Source: Pseudoalteromonas translucida KMM 520 (GTDB taxonomy: Bacteria > Pseudomonadota > Gammaproteobacteria > Enterobacterales > Alteromonadaceae). From it: a DNA stretch of 32,000 nucleotides. Both the position numbers and the translations under genes were made by a program. The notes under the pieces are model-generated. The model ran no database searches. It saw only the letters and a program-made list of their open reading frames with translations, and was not told the origin of the DNA. Location of the stretch: contig NZ_CP011034.1 of the NCBI RefSeq assembly GCF_001465295.1, positions 3,210,001-3,242,000 on the forward strand. Reading direction: 5' to 3'. Below, in pieces: positions 1-8,481 of the stretch; positions within the stretch are counted from its first letter, which is position 1; each line of letters opens with the position of its first letter.

Positions 1-1790
1 GAAGCTACATTAGTCAAAATGGGGTTATTGAAAGCAGCTTAATTAAAGGCCAAGAACAAGCTGGCGCTAAATATCGTGACTACTTTGAGCATCAAGAAGC
101 TCTTAAAAAAGTACCTTCGCACCGTGCGCTTGCCATGCTTAGAGCCCGTAATGAAGGCATTTTACAGCTTAATATTAATCCTGAGCCAAGCTCAGAAAAT
201 TCAGCGCAACTTTGTGCTCAAATGATAGCTGACCATTATCGCTTAGATATTAAAAACCAAGCAGCTAGCAGTTGGCTATTAACTGTGGTGCAGTGGGCGT
301 GGAAAATTAAACTAGGCTTACACTTAGAAAATGAATTTTTAGCGGCTATGCGCGAAAAAGCCGAAACCGGTGCAATTGATGTATTTGCTAAAAACTTAAA
401 AGATCTACTCATGGCCGCACCGGCTGGCCCGCGTACTACTCTAGGACTCGATCCTGGTTTACGTACCGGTTGTAAAATTGCGATTGTAGATAGCACTGGC
501 AAACTTTTAACCACACAAACTATTTTCCCACATGCGCCACAAAATCACTGGGAAAAGTCTGTACGCACCTTAGAGCTACTTTGTCGTCAACATAAGGTTG
601 AGCTTATTGCGATTGGTAATGGCACTGCGTCTCGCGAGTCTGATAAGTTAATTGCTGAACTAATGAAAGCTAATCCCGAGCTTAAACTAAATAAAATTAT
701 GGTTAGCGAAGCGGGTGCATCGGTCTATTCTGCCTCTGAACTTGCTGCTAATGAATTTCCTAATTTAGACGTTTCTCTAAGAGGCGCGGTTTCTATTGCC
801 CGTCGTTTACAAGACCCTCTAGCTGAGCTGGTTAAAATTGAGCCTAAAGCCATAGGTGTAGGTCAATACCAGCACGATGTATCGCAAAGCCAATTAGGGC
901 AAAGCCTGATCTCAGTAGTAGAAGACTGTGTAAACTCTGTAGGCGTAGATTTAAATATGGCCTCGGTGCCATTACTAACCCGCGTTTCTGGTTTAAACAA
1001 AACTTTAGCGCAAAATATTGTTAACTACCGCGACGCTAATGGTTCGTTTGCAAAACGCAGTGAGCTTAAAAAAGTAGAACGTTTAGGGCCAAAAGCATTT
1101 GAACAAGCCGCTGGGTTTTTACGTATTAACAACGGCAGCGATCCGCTAGATAACTCATCTGTTCACCCAGAGGCTTACCCTGTTGTTAAACGCATTTGTG
1201 AGCACAATAGCATTGATGTAAATAGCTTAATGGGTAACAGCGACTTTTTAAATAAGTTAGCCGCTAACGACTACATTGACGATAAATTTGGTTTACCTAC
1301 GGTTACCGATATTATTAGCGAGCTTGATAAGCCCGGACGCGATCCTCGCCCTGAGTTTAAAACTGCTGAATTTAAAGCCGGCGTAGAAAAAATAAGCGAT
1401 CTAAAACCAGGGATGATTTTAGAAGGTGTTGTATCTAACGTCGCTAATTTTGGTGCTTTTGTTGATGTAGGTGTACATCAAGATGGTTTAGTACATATTT
1501 CATCAATTACTAATAAGTTTATCTCTGATCCGCGTGAAGTTGTTAAAGCCGGTGATATTGTAAAAGTTAAAGTAGTTGAAGTTGATGCAGCACGTAAACG
1601 CATTAGCTTTACCATGCGTCTAGATGACGACATTGATACCAGTAATAAGCCTGCAGCTCCTGCTGCGCAAAAGCCACGTGCTAACAACAGCTCACAGCCA
1701 AGAGCTGCTAAGCCAAAGCGTGATAATGGTAATGCGCTAATGGGTAATGCGTTTGCCGATGCATTTGCTAACGCTAAACTGAAAAAATAA
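1..1790 (+). CDS. tex: Tex/YhgF transcription accessory protein (5' partial, enters from upstream)
   Basis: The frame is open from nt 3 (..[30 protein letters not shown]..), so the M at 135 is internal. It has a YqgF/RNase H-like [12 protein letters not shown] motif, a helix-hairpin-helix region, and a C-terminal S1 domain ([31 protein letters not shown]). Confidence 0.95.
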   Translation, partial: SYISQNGVIESSLIKGQEQAGAKYRDYFEHQEALKKVPSHRALAMLRARNEGILQLNINPEPSSENSAQLCAQMIADHYRLDIKNQAASSWLLTVVQWAWKIKLGLHLENEFLAAMREKAETGAIDVFAKNLKDLLMAAPAGPRTTLGLDPGLRTGCKIAIVDSTGKLLTTQTIFPHAPQNHWEKSVRTLELLCRQHKVELIAIGNGTASRESDKLIAELMKANPELKLNKIMVSEAGASVYSASELAANEFPNLDVSLRGAVSIARRLQDPLAELVKIEPKAIGVGQYQHDVSQSQLGQSLISVVEDCVNSVGVDLNMASVPLLTRVSGLNKTLAQNIVNYRDANGSFAKRSELKKVERLGPKAFEQAAGFLRINNGSDPLDNSSVHPEAYPVVKRICEHNSIDVNSLMGNSDFLNKLAANDYIDDKFGLPTVTDIISELDKPGRDPRPEFKTAEFKAGVEKISDLKPGMILEGVVSNVANFGAFVDVGVHQDGLVHISSITNKFISDPREVVKAGDIVKVKVVEVDAARKRISFTMRLDDDIDTSNKPAAPAAQKPRANNSSQPRAAKPKRDNGNALMGNAFADAFANAKLKK

Positions 1791-1825
1791 TACTTATATA
1801 GCTCAGAATAAATCTAGCTAAAAAT

Positions 1826-1851
1826 AAAAAAACCGCGTTAGCGGTTTTTTT
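1826..1851 (+). terminator. Rho-independent terminator after tex
   Basis: Stem aaccgc / gcggtt with loop gtta. It is preceded by an A-run and followed by a T-run (1845-1851), 36 nt after the tex stop. Confidence 0.8.
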
Positions 1852-1891
1852 ATTTTGATATTTTGATATTTTGATATTTTGATATTTTGAT
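1852..1891. repeat. Perfect tandem repeat (ATTTTGAT)x5
   Basis: Five uninterrupted 8-bp units read directly from the sequence. They start immediately after the terminator T-run. Confidence 0.95.
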
Positions 1892-1928
1892 AAGAGCTTT
1901 AAGCTCAGTATTGCTTAAGCTACATAAC

Positions 1929-2125
1929 TAACCTGATCTCTGGATAATAAACCTATCTCAAGCAGCTATTTTCAGCGCTAACTGCGTTGAATTTACTTGC
2001 AATAGGCCAGCTATTGACGCGTAAACTCGCCTTATTTTCACTGAAAATCTCTGGCTAGAGAAAATAAAGTTAAATATAACTATAATTCAATACGTTAGTA
2101 AATCTCTTAACCAGAGTTCAGGTTA
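1929..2125 (+). mobile_element. MITE-like TIR element, copy A (197 bp)
   Basis: Runs TAACCTGATCTCTGG ... CCAGAGTTCAGGTTA. It differs from copy B (10819-11015) at only 2 positions. It has no ORF and is intergenic. Confidence 0.8.
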
Positions 2126-2126
2126 A

Positions 2127-2993
2127 CTATATTTGCGCTGAAAAACCGCTGTTGCTTGCGGGCGATGTCGCCATTTGATAAAAGTTAGCAATGCGCCCAG
2201 CGCGTGCCTCAACTTGTGTATCGCGAGCTTGCTCTGCACTTTTTGCTGTTTTTTCTTCACTGCTATCATTACTTGAAAGTGAAGCGGGTGCTTTACTTGT
2301 TGTTTTTTCGTCTTCATTACTTTTTGGGCTTGCAAGTTCAGCCTGTGCGGTGGCTATTTTTTGCGTAGCATCGGCAGCAATTGCTCTATCTGCGCCCGAT
2401 GGTTGAGCTGGGGCAAGTGCTGCTGCACGTACTGTTTGCATTTTTTCTATGGTTGCTTGTGGATCGCCACTTATAGCCCCCACATCTATTTGCACTTCGC
2501 CACCCACAGCGTAATTAGTACCATCTGGGCCACGCTGATACTCATAACTAGGCGAGCCCGCATGTTGCCCACCCACTGCTGCATGTGCTTGTTCGTGCAC
2601 ACGTACTTCGGTATCACGCGCTTTAAGCTCTTTAATTTGTAGTTCTTGTTGCGCTAACTGCTGCTCTTCTTTTGCTGCTTCTTGTTCTGTCGCTTGGTTT
2701 TTTTCTTGCTCGTTTTCTTGCTCAGCATTGTCTGAATTACCTGAACTTTCGTCACGTGCCTCAACAGACTTTTCACCGGCCAGTTTTCCTTTCGCGTCGT
2801 AAGTAGCTGGGTCACTGTTACCCGGTAATTTAGCTTTTTCGGCATCACTTTGGGCTTTATTTTCGGTGCTGCTAGCCGTACTTGATGCTGGCGGGGGAAT
2901 AACTTCTCGAAGCTGATTATCACGCCGTGCAGTTTCGGTATAAACATTTGCGGTGTTTATATTAATAGACGGGAATGGCGTGACAATATTCAT
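2127..2993 (-). CDS. SprA-related / putative HExxH metalloprotease family protein
   Basis: Contains the HEQAH motif in ..RDTEVRVHEQAHAAVGGQHAGSPSYEYQRGPDGTNYAVGGEV.., which is typical of the SprA-related (PF12118-type) family as I recall it. The central region is acidic, Q/E-rich and low-complexity. Confidence 0.8.
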   Translation of the reverse strand: MNIVTPFPSININTANVYTETARRDNQLREVIPPPASSTASSTENKAQSDAEKAKLPGNSDPATYDAKGKLAGEKSVEARDESSGNSDNAEQENEQEKNQATEQEAAKEEQQLAQQELQIKELKARDTEVRVHEQAHAAVGGQHAGSPSYEYQRGPDGTNYAVGGEVQIDVGAISGDPQATIEKMQTVRAAALAPAQPSGADRAIAADATQKIATAQAELASPKSNEDEKTTSKAPASLSSNDSSEEKTAKSAEQARDTQVEARAGRIANFYQMATSPASNSGFSAQI

Positions 2994-2998
2994 AATAT

Positions 2999-3307
2999 TT
3001 AAACGTTTATATCAATTAAGGTACCGAGCACATCATCGGCAGTTTGAATCGATTGCGTATTCGCTTTAGCGTTAAACTCTTCAACTTTTAAGTTTACCAA
3101 AGCTTCATCAATACGGGCAGGTTTTGCTACTGGCGCAGTAACCGCTTCTTCTGAGCGAGCAGCCGTAAGTTGGCGCTGCTGTGCTAGTTGCGCATCGTCT
3201 TGTTGTTCAATACTGGCACGGTTAATTTCTGCGCTGGCTCTTTCAATTCCTTGGCTAGCTCGGTTAAACCCTTCTAGGCCACTATTAAATGCAGATCCTA
3301 TTGGCAT
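2999..3307 (-). CDS. Small protein with flagellar axial-protein N- and C-terminal (D0-like) segments only
   Basis: A strong GGAGG lies 7 nt upstream of the ATG. The C-terminus EALVNLKVEEFNAKANTQSIQTADDVLGTLIDI parallels the FlgE/FlgG C-terminal motif ELVNMIxAQRxYxxNxxxIxTxDxxLxTLxxL. The N-terminus SGLEGFNRASQGIERASAEIN resembles the rod N-terminal motif. Confidence 0.75.
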   Translation of the reverse strand: MPIGSAFNSGLEGFNRASQGIERASAEINRASIEQQDDAQLAQQRQLTAARSEEAVTAPVAKPARIDEALVNLKVEEFNAKANTQSIQTADDVLGTLIDINV

Positions 3308-3397
3308 ATTAAACCTCCATTAAAATAAATATTGTTTAATTATCGCTCAACTAATGCACAAAATAAAGCTTTAACCTGCGCTATTCGTCGCTCTATT

Positions 3398-4135
3398 TTA
3401 AAGCATTGATTTAACGGCAGATATAAATTCATTTTTATGAGAAATAAAAGGAGCATGCGACGCTTTATCTAATACTTCATACTCAAACTCAGTATTAAGT
3501 GCTGCCATTTGGGCAATTGCTCTATAAGGAACAAGTGCATCTAAACGGCCAAATATAGCGCTTATTGGCACAGGACAATGAGTAAATAGCGCTCGTAAAT
3601 CTTCATTTTGTAAAATATCTAAACCCGCAGCCAAAGCCTCTTTTTTAGGAGCTTTATATTGATTTAGTAGTTGTTTAAGTTGCTTTACATCATCACGAGC
3701 CGATTCGCTGCCCATTGCCTGAATAGCTAAAAATCGCTCTATGGTTTTTTCACCATGATTAACAAGCTGCTCTTTAAATTGCGTTAAAACCTGTGCTTTT
3801 ATACCCGGCCACGGCGCTTGCTCTGCAAAAAACGGACTAGCGGCAACAAGTATCACTTTAGCTACTTTTTCGGGCCAATGTTTCGCAATATATAGTGCAA
3901 ATAACCCACCTAAAGACCAACCCATTAAAATAGAGTGTGGTTTTAATTGCTCACTTAAAAGTGCTGCAGCGCTGTGTAAGGTATAAGGGTTTGGGCATAT
4001 TTTACTATTACCGTAACCAGGTAAATCAATACTGCGTACGTTGTTATTATGAATAAATGCTAGCTCTGGCTGTACTAATTGCCATACACCTTTGTTCATA
4101 CCCCAACCATGTAGTAACACTAATTCATTTTGCAT
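3398..4135 (-). CDS. bioH: Pimeloyl-ACP methyl ester carboxylesterase BioH
   Basis: LVLLHGWGMN, the GWSLGG nucleophile elbow and the SHAPFISH C-terminus are collinear with E. coli BioH. The ATG at 4135 is preferred over the upstream TTG at 4144. The bioH-gntX-nfuA neighbourhood is conserved. Confidence 0.9.
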   Translation of the reverse strand: MQNELVLLHGWGMNKGVWQLVQPELAFIHNNNVRSIDLPGYGNSKICPNPYTLHSAAALLSEQLKPHSILMGWSLGGLFALYIAKHWPEKVAKVILVAASPFFAEQAPWPGIKAQVLTQFKEQLVNHGEKTIERFLAIQAMGSESARDDVKQLKQLLNQYKAPKKEALAAGLDILQNEDLRALFTHCPVPISAIFGRLDALVPYRAIAQMAALNTEFEYEVLDKASHAPFISHKNEFISAVKSML

Positions 4136-4209
4136 ATTTGCCAAACCTTAACCAAACTGAAGTTTATAATAGCGTTTAACTAGGCGATTGTAATGAGTAT
4201 ATTTACCCG

Positions 4210-4887
4210 ATGAAGCACGCATTTATTAATTGGCTGTTTGAGTCGCATTGCGTACTTTGCCAAAGCCCTGTCCCAGCCGCGCTGGGCTTGTGTGAGTATT
4301 GCTTAGAAGACTTACCATTATTTGATTTAAGCGAGCAAAAAAACTTGCTATATCGCCCTGATATTATTGAAATGTTTCCTAACTGCGAATTTGATAAGTT
4401 ATTTGCCTGTGCGTTTTACCAGCCCCCTTTTGAGCAATGGCTAAAGCAACTTAAGTTTAATAACCAAATACATTATAAAAATGCATTACAACAAGTTATT
4501 ACTAAACAATTGAGTACTTTTTTTACTCCTGATTACCCGCTACCCGATACCTTTATTATATTACCGCTGCATAAAAGTCGATTTTTTCAGCGCGGTTTTA
4601 ATCAAGTAACACAAGTATGGCAACCGTGTTTATCATCTTTTAATTTACTTAGTGATTCGCTACTACGTAATAAAAAAACGCACGCGCAATCTAAGCTAAC
4701 TAAAGCTAAGCGGGTTAAAAATTTAAAAGACGCATTTATATGTACTGCAGATATGAGCGGTAAAACGGTGGCAATTGTTGATGACATTATGACCACAGGC
4801 GCTACTCTTAATGCAGCCACCCAGGCTTTAAAACAAGCAGGCGCTAAACAAGTGTGGGCTTTTACTACTTGCTTAACGCCTATTTAA
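4210..4887 (+). CDS. comF: ComF/GntX family DNA utilisation protein (phosphoribosyltransferase fold)
   Basis: N-terminal Cys pairs (CVLCQS..CEYC) and a C-terminal PRTase motif VAIVDDIMTTGATL, collinear with E. coli GntX/YhgH. It is divergent from bioH, as in E. coli. Confidence 0.88.
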   Translation: MKHAFINWLFESHCVLCQSPVPAALGLCEYCLEDLPLFDLSEQKNLLYRPDIIEMFPNCEFDKLFACAFYQPPFEQWLKQLKFNNQIHYKNALQQVITKQLSTFFTPDYPLPDTFIILPLHKSRFFQRGFNQVTQVWQPCLSSFNLLSDSLLRNKKTHAQSKLTKAKRVKNLKDAFICTADMSGKTVAIVDDIMTTGATLNAATQALKQAGAKQVWAFTTCLTPI

Positions 4888-4898
4888 AATTTTAATAG

Positions 4899-7463
4899 TT
4901 AGTCGCCACTTACCCGAAACGTATGGCCAAAAAACAATGCGTTACTAAGTAATCTACTCGTACCGTACCAATAACCTCTAAACACCGGATCGTCGGTCAT
5001 ACCAATTACTGCTCCACGCCCGTAAGAGTGCGCAATTAAGCCTGCTGCGCCTGCAACTTGAGTAACATTTACAGCATCGGTAAAGCCCGCAAGTAATGGC
5101 TGCTCAGTATAGGTAAGCACATTAACAAACGGTGCCTCAGAGCTCTCCAGCAACCAAGTGCTATTTTTAAATACAGGTAGCGTATTACGTGGTAGTGAAA
5201 AGGTAAGTGGATGAGTTAAATCTACATGGGTATTAAAAATAGCGCCTGCAATACGCTGACGCCCAGCTAAGTGCTCTTTATCGGCATAGTTTAAACCGTC
5301 GGTTTTAAACGCACTGGCTACTTCTTTGCGAGACAAGTAGCTGGCTTTTAATAGCTGCTGATCTGCCAAAAATTTAGCACCGCCTTTGTGACCCCAAATA
5401 ACGCCGCCTTTTCTAACCCAACCTTTTATGGCCACTTTATCAGCGTCAGATAAACCACTGTAGTTACCATGAGCCAACACAATATGGCTGTAATTACTTA
5501 GCTCAATTGAACCCAAACGCTCTAGCTCAACAATGGTTGGAGCAACACCCACAAAGCGGTCTAGGTAGTACCACACTTCTCCAGCTTCATATTGGTTTAC
5601 CCCTTTACCGCCTAACAGCAGCACTTTGGGAGCGCTAAGCACCGCCATTGAGCGTGACCCTAAATCGGCACCTTTACTGGTTAATCCTGACGTTATTGGC
5701 TTAATGGCAATGCCAAACTCATTTTGCGCCTGATTAAGCTGTGCTATCCAATCACTATTTGTTTGTAACCCTGCAGGAATAATAATACTCCCCGCAGCAA
5801 AATTTACTTCTTCGCTGTTTACTGACTTAGCCGTTAATGAATTTAATGCAACACGGGCTTTTACTCCTTGCTGCAGTAAACTATTGAGCATTTTTGGCGC
5901 TAAGGTATCATCCCACGAAAAGCCAAATGCATACCCTTTATTAAGTTGTGCAAAGCGCGGTGTAGCAGCTTGTTGCCATGCGTTATCAGCAACTTTTAAT
6001 CCCCAACTACTGGTTACTTTAGCAAAGGGTAAATTAAACGCATGCGCTAGTGTCCAGCCAGATACATCGTAAAAAGTGTTATCGGCAAAGTTTTTTTGTT
6101 CGCTAAAAATAGCTTTAACTAAACGGTATTGTGGTTGTGCTAAAGGCACAAAATAGCTATTGGTAGAATAAGTTTCACCACCTGCTTTTAGCTCTTTTGT
6201 TAAAGGGTAAGCGTTAATTTGGTGCTGCTGCAGTAAGCTTAAAAAGTCATTAACTCGGGTGTTATCGGCTGCACCTGCAACTACATAACCTTGAAAGCTT
6301 TCGTCGGCTGCTAAATCAATCGCCTGGTTATAAAACTTAGCTTGGTAATCGAGTAAGGCTTGGCGGTTGTCTATCGCGGCTTTAAATGTTGATAAACTAG
6401 TAAGCAGCTGGTTTTTAATAGTAAAAGCAAAGCTGAGAGGCCCATTTACGGTTTCTTGAATATGCCCGCGCGAACTGGCTTGCTCAAATAAAATGCCTAC
6501 GCCACCATTTACGTCTGGGTAAGTTGAGCCTTTACCGTAATAAAAGTCATCAAAGCTTTCTTCGGTGAAGTATAACGCATTATTTTCGTCTAATGTTTTG
6601 GCATGATAATTTGCAATTGCTTTGGTTAAGCTGACATTTTCATCAGGCGTAATCGGGTGTTTGCGCGATGGAATACCGGGCTGAAAAAAGTAACTACTAT
6701 TTGGCCCCATTTCATGAAAGTCGGTTAAAATATTTGGTTTCCACTGATGAAACTTTGCAATACGCGCACGCGATTCTGGGTGCTGTAGTAATAACCAGTC
6801 GCGGTTTAAGTCAAACCAGTAGTGATTAGTACGGCTACTTGGCCAGCTTTCCACATGCTCTCGGGTAACGGGGTCTGACGATAAGTTCATACCACGATTA
6901 CTATTAGCCCAATTAGCAAAACGAGCTAGACCATCGGGATTAAGTGAAGGGTCGAGCAAAATAACGGTATTATTTAATAACTCATTTATTTCATTACCTT
7001 GCGCTGCGGCTAAGTAATACGCCACCAGCAATGCAGAGTTACTGCCCGACGACTCATTGCCATGTACGCTGTAACCCATCCATACAACACCAGGCTGCGC
7101 TGATGATTGCGTGTTGCTAGGCGTTAAACGCGCTAAATGGGCTTGGCGAATTTGCTCTATATTTTTTAATTTATTGGCGGCGGTAATAGTCAGCATCACT
7201 AATGGGCGTTGTTCGTGCGTGCGCCCTATTACTTCAAAATTAATTCGATCACTTTTTTGCGCTAGTATTTCCATATAACGCACCAACTGATCGTGCCTTA
7301 CATGCCACTCACCTACTTGATAACCAAGCACTTGCTCTGGAGTGGGTATACTTGGATCAAACTCAACATCCTCTGCAAAATAGTAAGACAATGGTTTAGC
7401 TTGAGTTGAAAAACTCAGTATTGCCACCATTATCATTAATGTTATTTTTATTATTATACGCAT
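4899..7463 (-). CDS. M14 family zinc carboxypeptidase, secreted (854 aa)
   Basis: N-terminal signal peptide (..ILSFSTQA/KP). It has the M14 zinc-ligand context YSVHGNESSG and a later DFHEMG motif, followed by a long C-terminal extension. Confidence 0.85.
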   Translation of the reverse strand: MRIIIKITLMIMVAILSFSTQAKPLSYYFAEDVEFDPSIPTPEQVLGYQVGEWHVRHDQLVRYMEILAQKSDRINFEVIGRTHEQRPLVMLTITAANKLKNIEQIRQAHLARLTPSNTQSSAQPGVVWMGYSVHGNESSGSNSALLVAYYLAAAQGNEINELLNNTVILLDPSLNPDGLARFANWANSNRGMNLSSDPVTREHVESWPSSRTNHYWFDLNRDWLLLQHPESRARIAKFHQWKPNILTDFHEMGPNSSYFFQPGIPSRKHPITPDENVSLTKAIANYHAKTLDENNALYFTEESFDDFYYGKGSTYPDVNGGVGILFEQASSRGHIQETVNGPLSFAFTIKNQLLTSLSTFKAAIDNRQALLDYQAKFYNQAIDLAADESFQGYVVAGAADNTRVNDFLSLLQQHQINAYPLTKELKAGGETYSTNSYFVPLAQPQYRLVKAIFSEQKNFADNTFYDVSGWTLAHAFNLPFAKVTSSWGLKVADNAWQQAATPRFAQLNKGYAFGFSWDDTLAPKMLNSLLQQGVKARVALNSLTAKSVNSEEVNFAAGSIIIPAGLQTNSDWIAQLNQAQNEFGIAIKPITSGLTSKGADLGSRSMAVLSAPKVLLLGGKGVNQYEAGEVWYYLDRFVGVAPTIVELERLGSIELSNYSHIVLAHGNYSGLSDADKVAIKGWVRKGGVIWGHKGGAKFLADQQLLKASYLSRKEVASAFKTDGLNYADKEHLAGRQRIAGAIFNTHVDLTHPLTFSLPRNTLPVFKNSTWLLESSEAPFVNVLTYTEQPLLAGFTDAVNVTQVAGAAGLIAHSYGRGAVIGMTDDPVFRGYWYGTSRLLSNALFFGHTFRVSGD

Positions 7464-7609
7464 ATAATTTACTCATAAAATGTTTGTTGTTTGCACGCTA
7501 GCATTGCTTAAAATAGATGCCAACTTTTTACGCTCAACACTAGCCGCAACACGATGAGCGGGGTATGATATGCAGTATCCGAGTAATTTAGTCAAGTATA
7601 GACGGTCTT

Positions 7610-8185
7610 ATGATTTCAATTTCCGAAACAGCACAAGCGCATTTTGCTAAACTATTAGCAGATCAAGCACAACAAACCAACATTCGTGTTTTTGTTGTAA
7701 ACCCTGGTACATCACAAGCGGAATGTGGTGTTTCTTATTGTCCAGAAGACGCTGTAGAAGACAGCGATATTCGCCTAAACTTTAATGGTTTTGACGGCGT
7801 TGTAGATGCAGAAAGTGCACCCTTTTTAGAAGACGCTGAAATTGATTTTGTTACCGACAAAATGGGTACTCAGTTAACACTAAAAGCACCAAATGCTAAA
7901 GCGCGTAAAATTAGCGGTGATGCATCGTTAAACGAACGCGTACAACACATGCTAGAAACCGAAGTAAATCCACAACTTGCTAACCACGGTGGCCAAGTAA
8001 GCTTAGTGGAAATTACCGCTGCAGGTATTGCTGTATTACAGTTTGGCGGTGGTTGTAATGGTTGTTCTATGATCGATGTCACGTTAAAAGAAGGCATTGA
8101 AAAAGAGATGATCGAAAAGTTTGAAGAGATCACCGGTGTTGCCGATATTACTGAGCACCAAGCGGGCGATCATTCTTACTATTAA
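7610..8185 (+). CDS. nfuA: Fe/S biogenesis protein NfuA
   Basis: Nearly collinear with E. coli NfuA: [33 protein letters not shown]-terminal HSYY. Confidence 0.96.
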   Translation: MISISETAQAHFAKLLADQAQQTNIRVFVVNPGTSQAECGVSYCPEDAVEDSDIRLNFNGFDGVVDAESAPFLEDAEIDFVTDKMGTQLTLKAPNAKARKISGDASLNERVQHMLETEVNPQLANHGGQVSLVEITAAGIAVLQFGGGCNGCSMIDVTLKEGIEKEMIEKFEEITGVADITEHQAGDHSYY

Positions 8186-8197
8186 TAAGCATTTTTA

Positions 8198-8467
8198 ATG
8201 CTAAAGTCGCTTATATATAGCTTAGGGAGCAACCCTAAGCTTAGCTTAAAGCGCTTTTTTCGCGGCGTAGCACTGTTTGTGCTAGCCGTGATATTTATTT
8301 TTTTAGGCTATTACAGTCACTACAGCTTGCAAATTATTGGCGTTGTTATTTTAGTGCCAGCTTTGTTTTTTGCTGCTTGGGGCTACAGCGGTATTTTTGC
8401 TAATCGCTTTTCACAAGTACTTAAAAATATTGAGCCTAAAAACCACGATCCCGACCTATGGAAATAA
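8198..8467 (+). CDS. Hypothetical small membrane protein (2 predicted TM helices)
   Basis: An 89-aa ORF with two hydrophobic spans. It has no obvious SD and I recognise no homology. It fills the gap between nfuA and the convergent dinF. Confidence 0.45.
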   Translation: MLKSLIYSLGSNPKLSLKRFFRGVALFVLAVIFIFLGYYSHYSLQIIGVVILVPALFFAAWGYSGIFANRFSQVLKNIEPKNHDPDLWK

Positions 8468-8481
8468 GCCACCAAACTTCC

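Noticed and set aside
1852-1891. The tandem array considered as a CRISPR-like or iteron structure.
   Set aside because: The units are contiguous 8-mers with no spacers. There are no cas or rep genes nearby. It is a simple microsatellite.
4136-4144. N-terminal extensions in the ORF track that begin at TTG or GTG: bioH 4144, cbpA 23588, cbpM 32-nt extension to 22632, terB-like 31713, DUF2909-like 14907, endA 23956.
   Set aside because: In each case an in-frame ATG a few codons downstream aligns better with the E. coli homologue or has a better SD or stop/start coupling.
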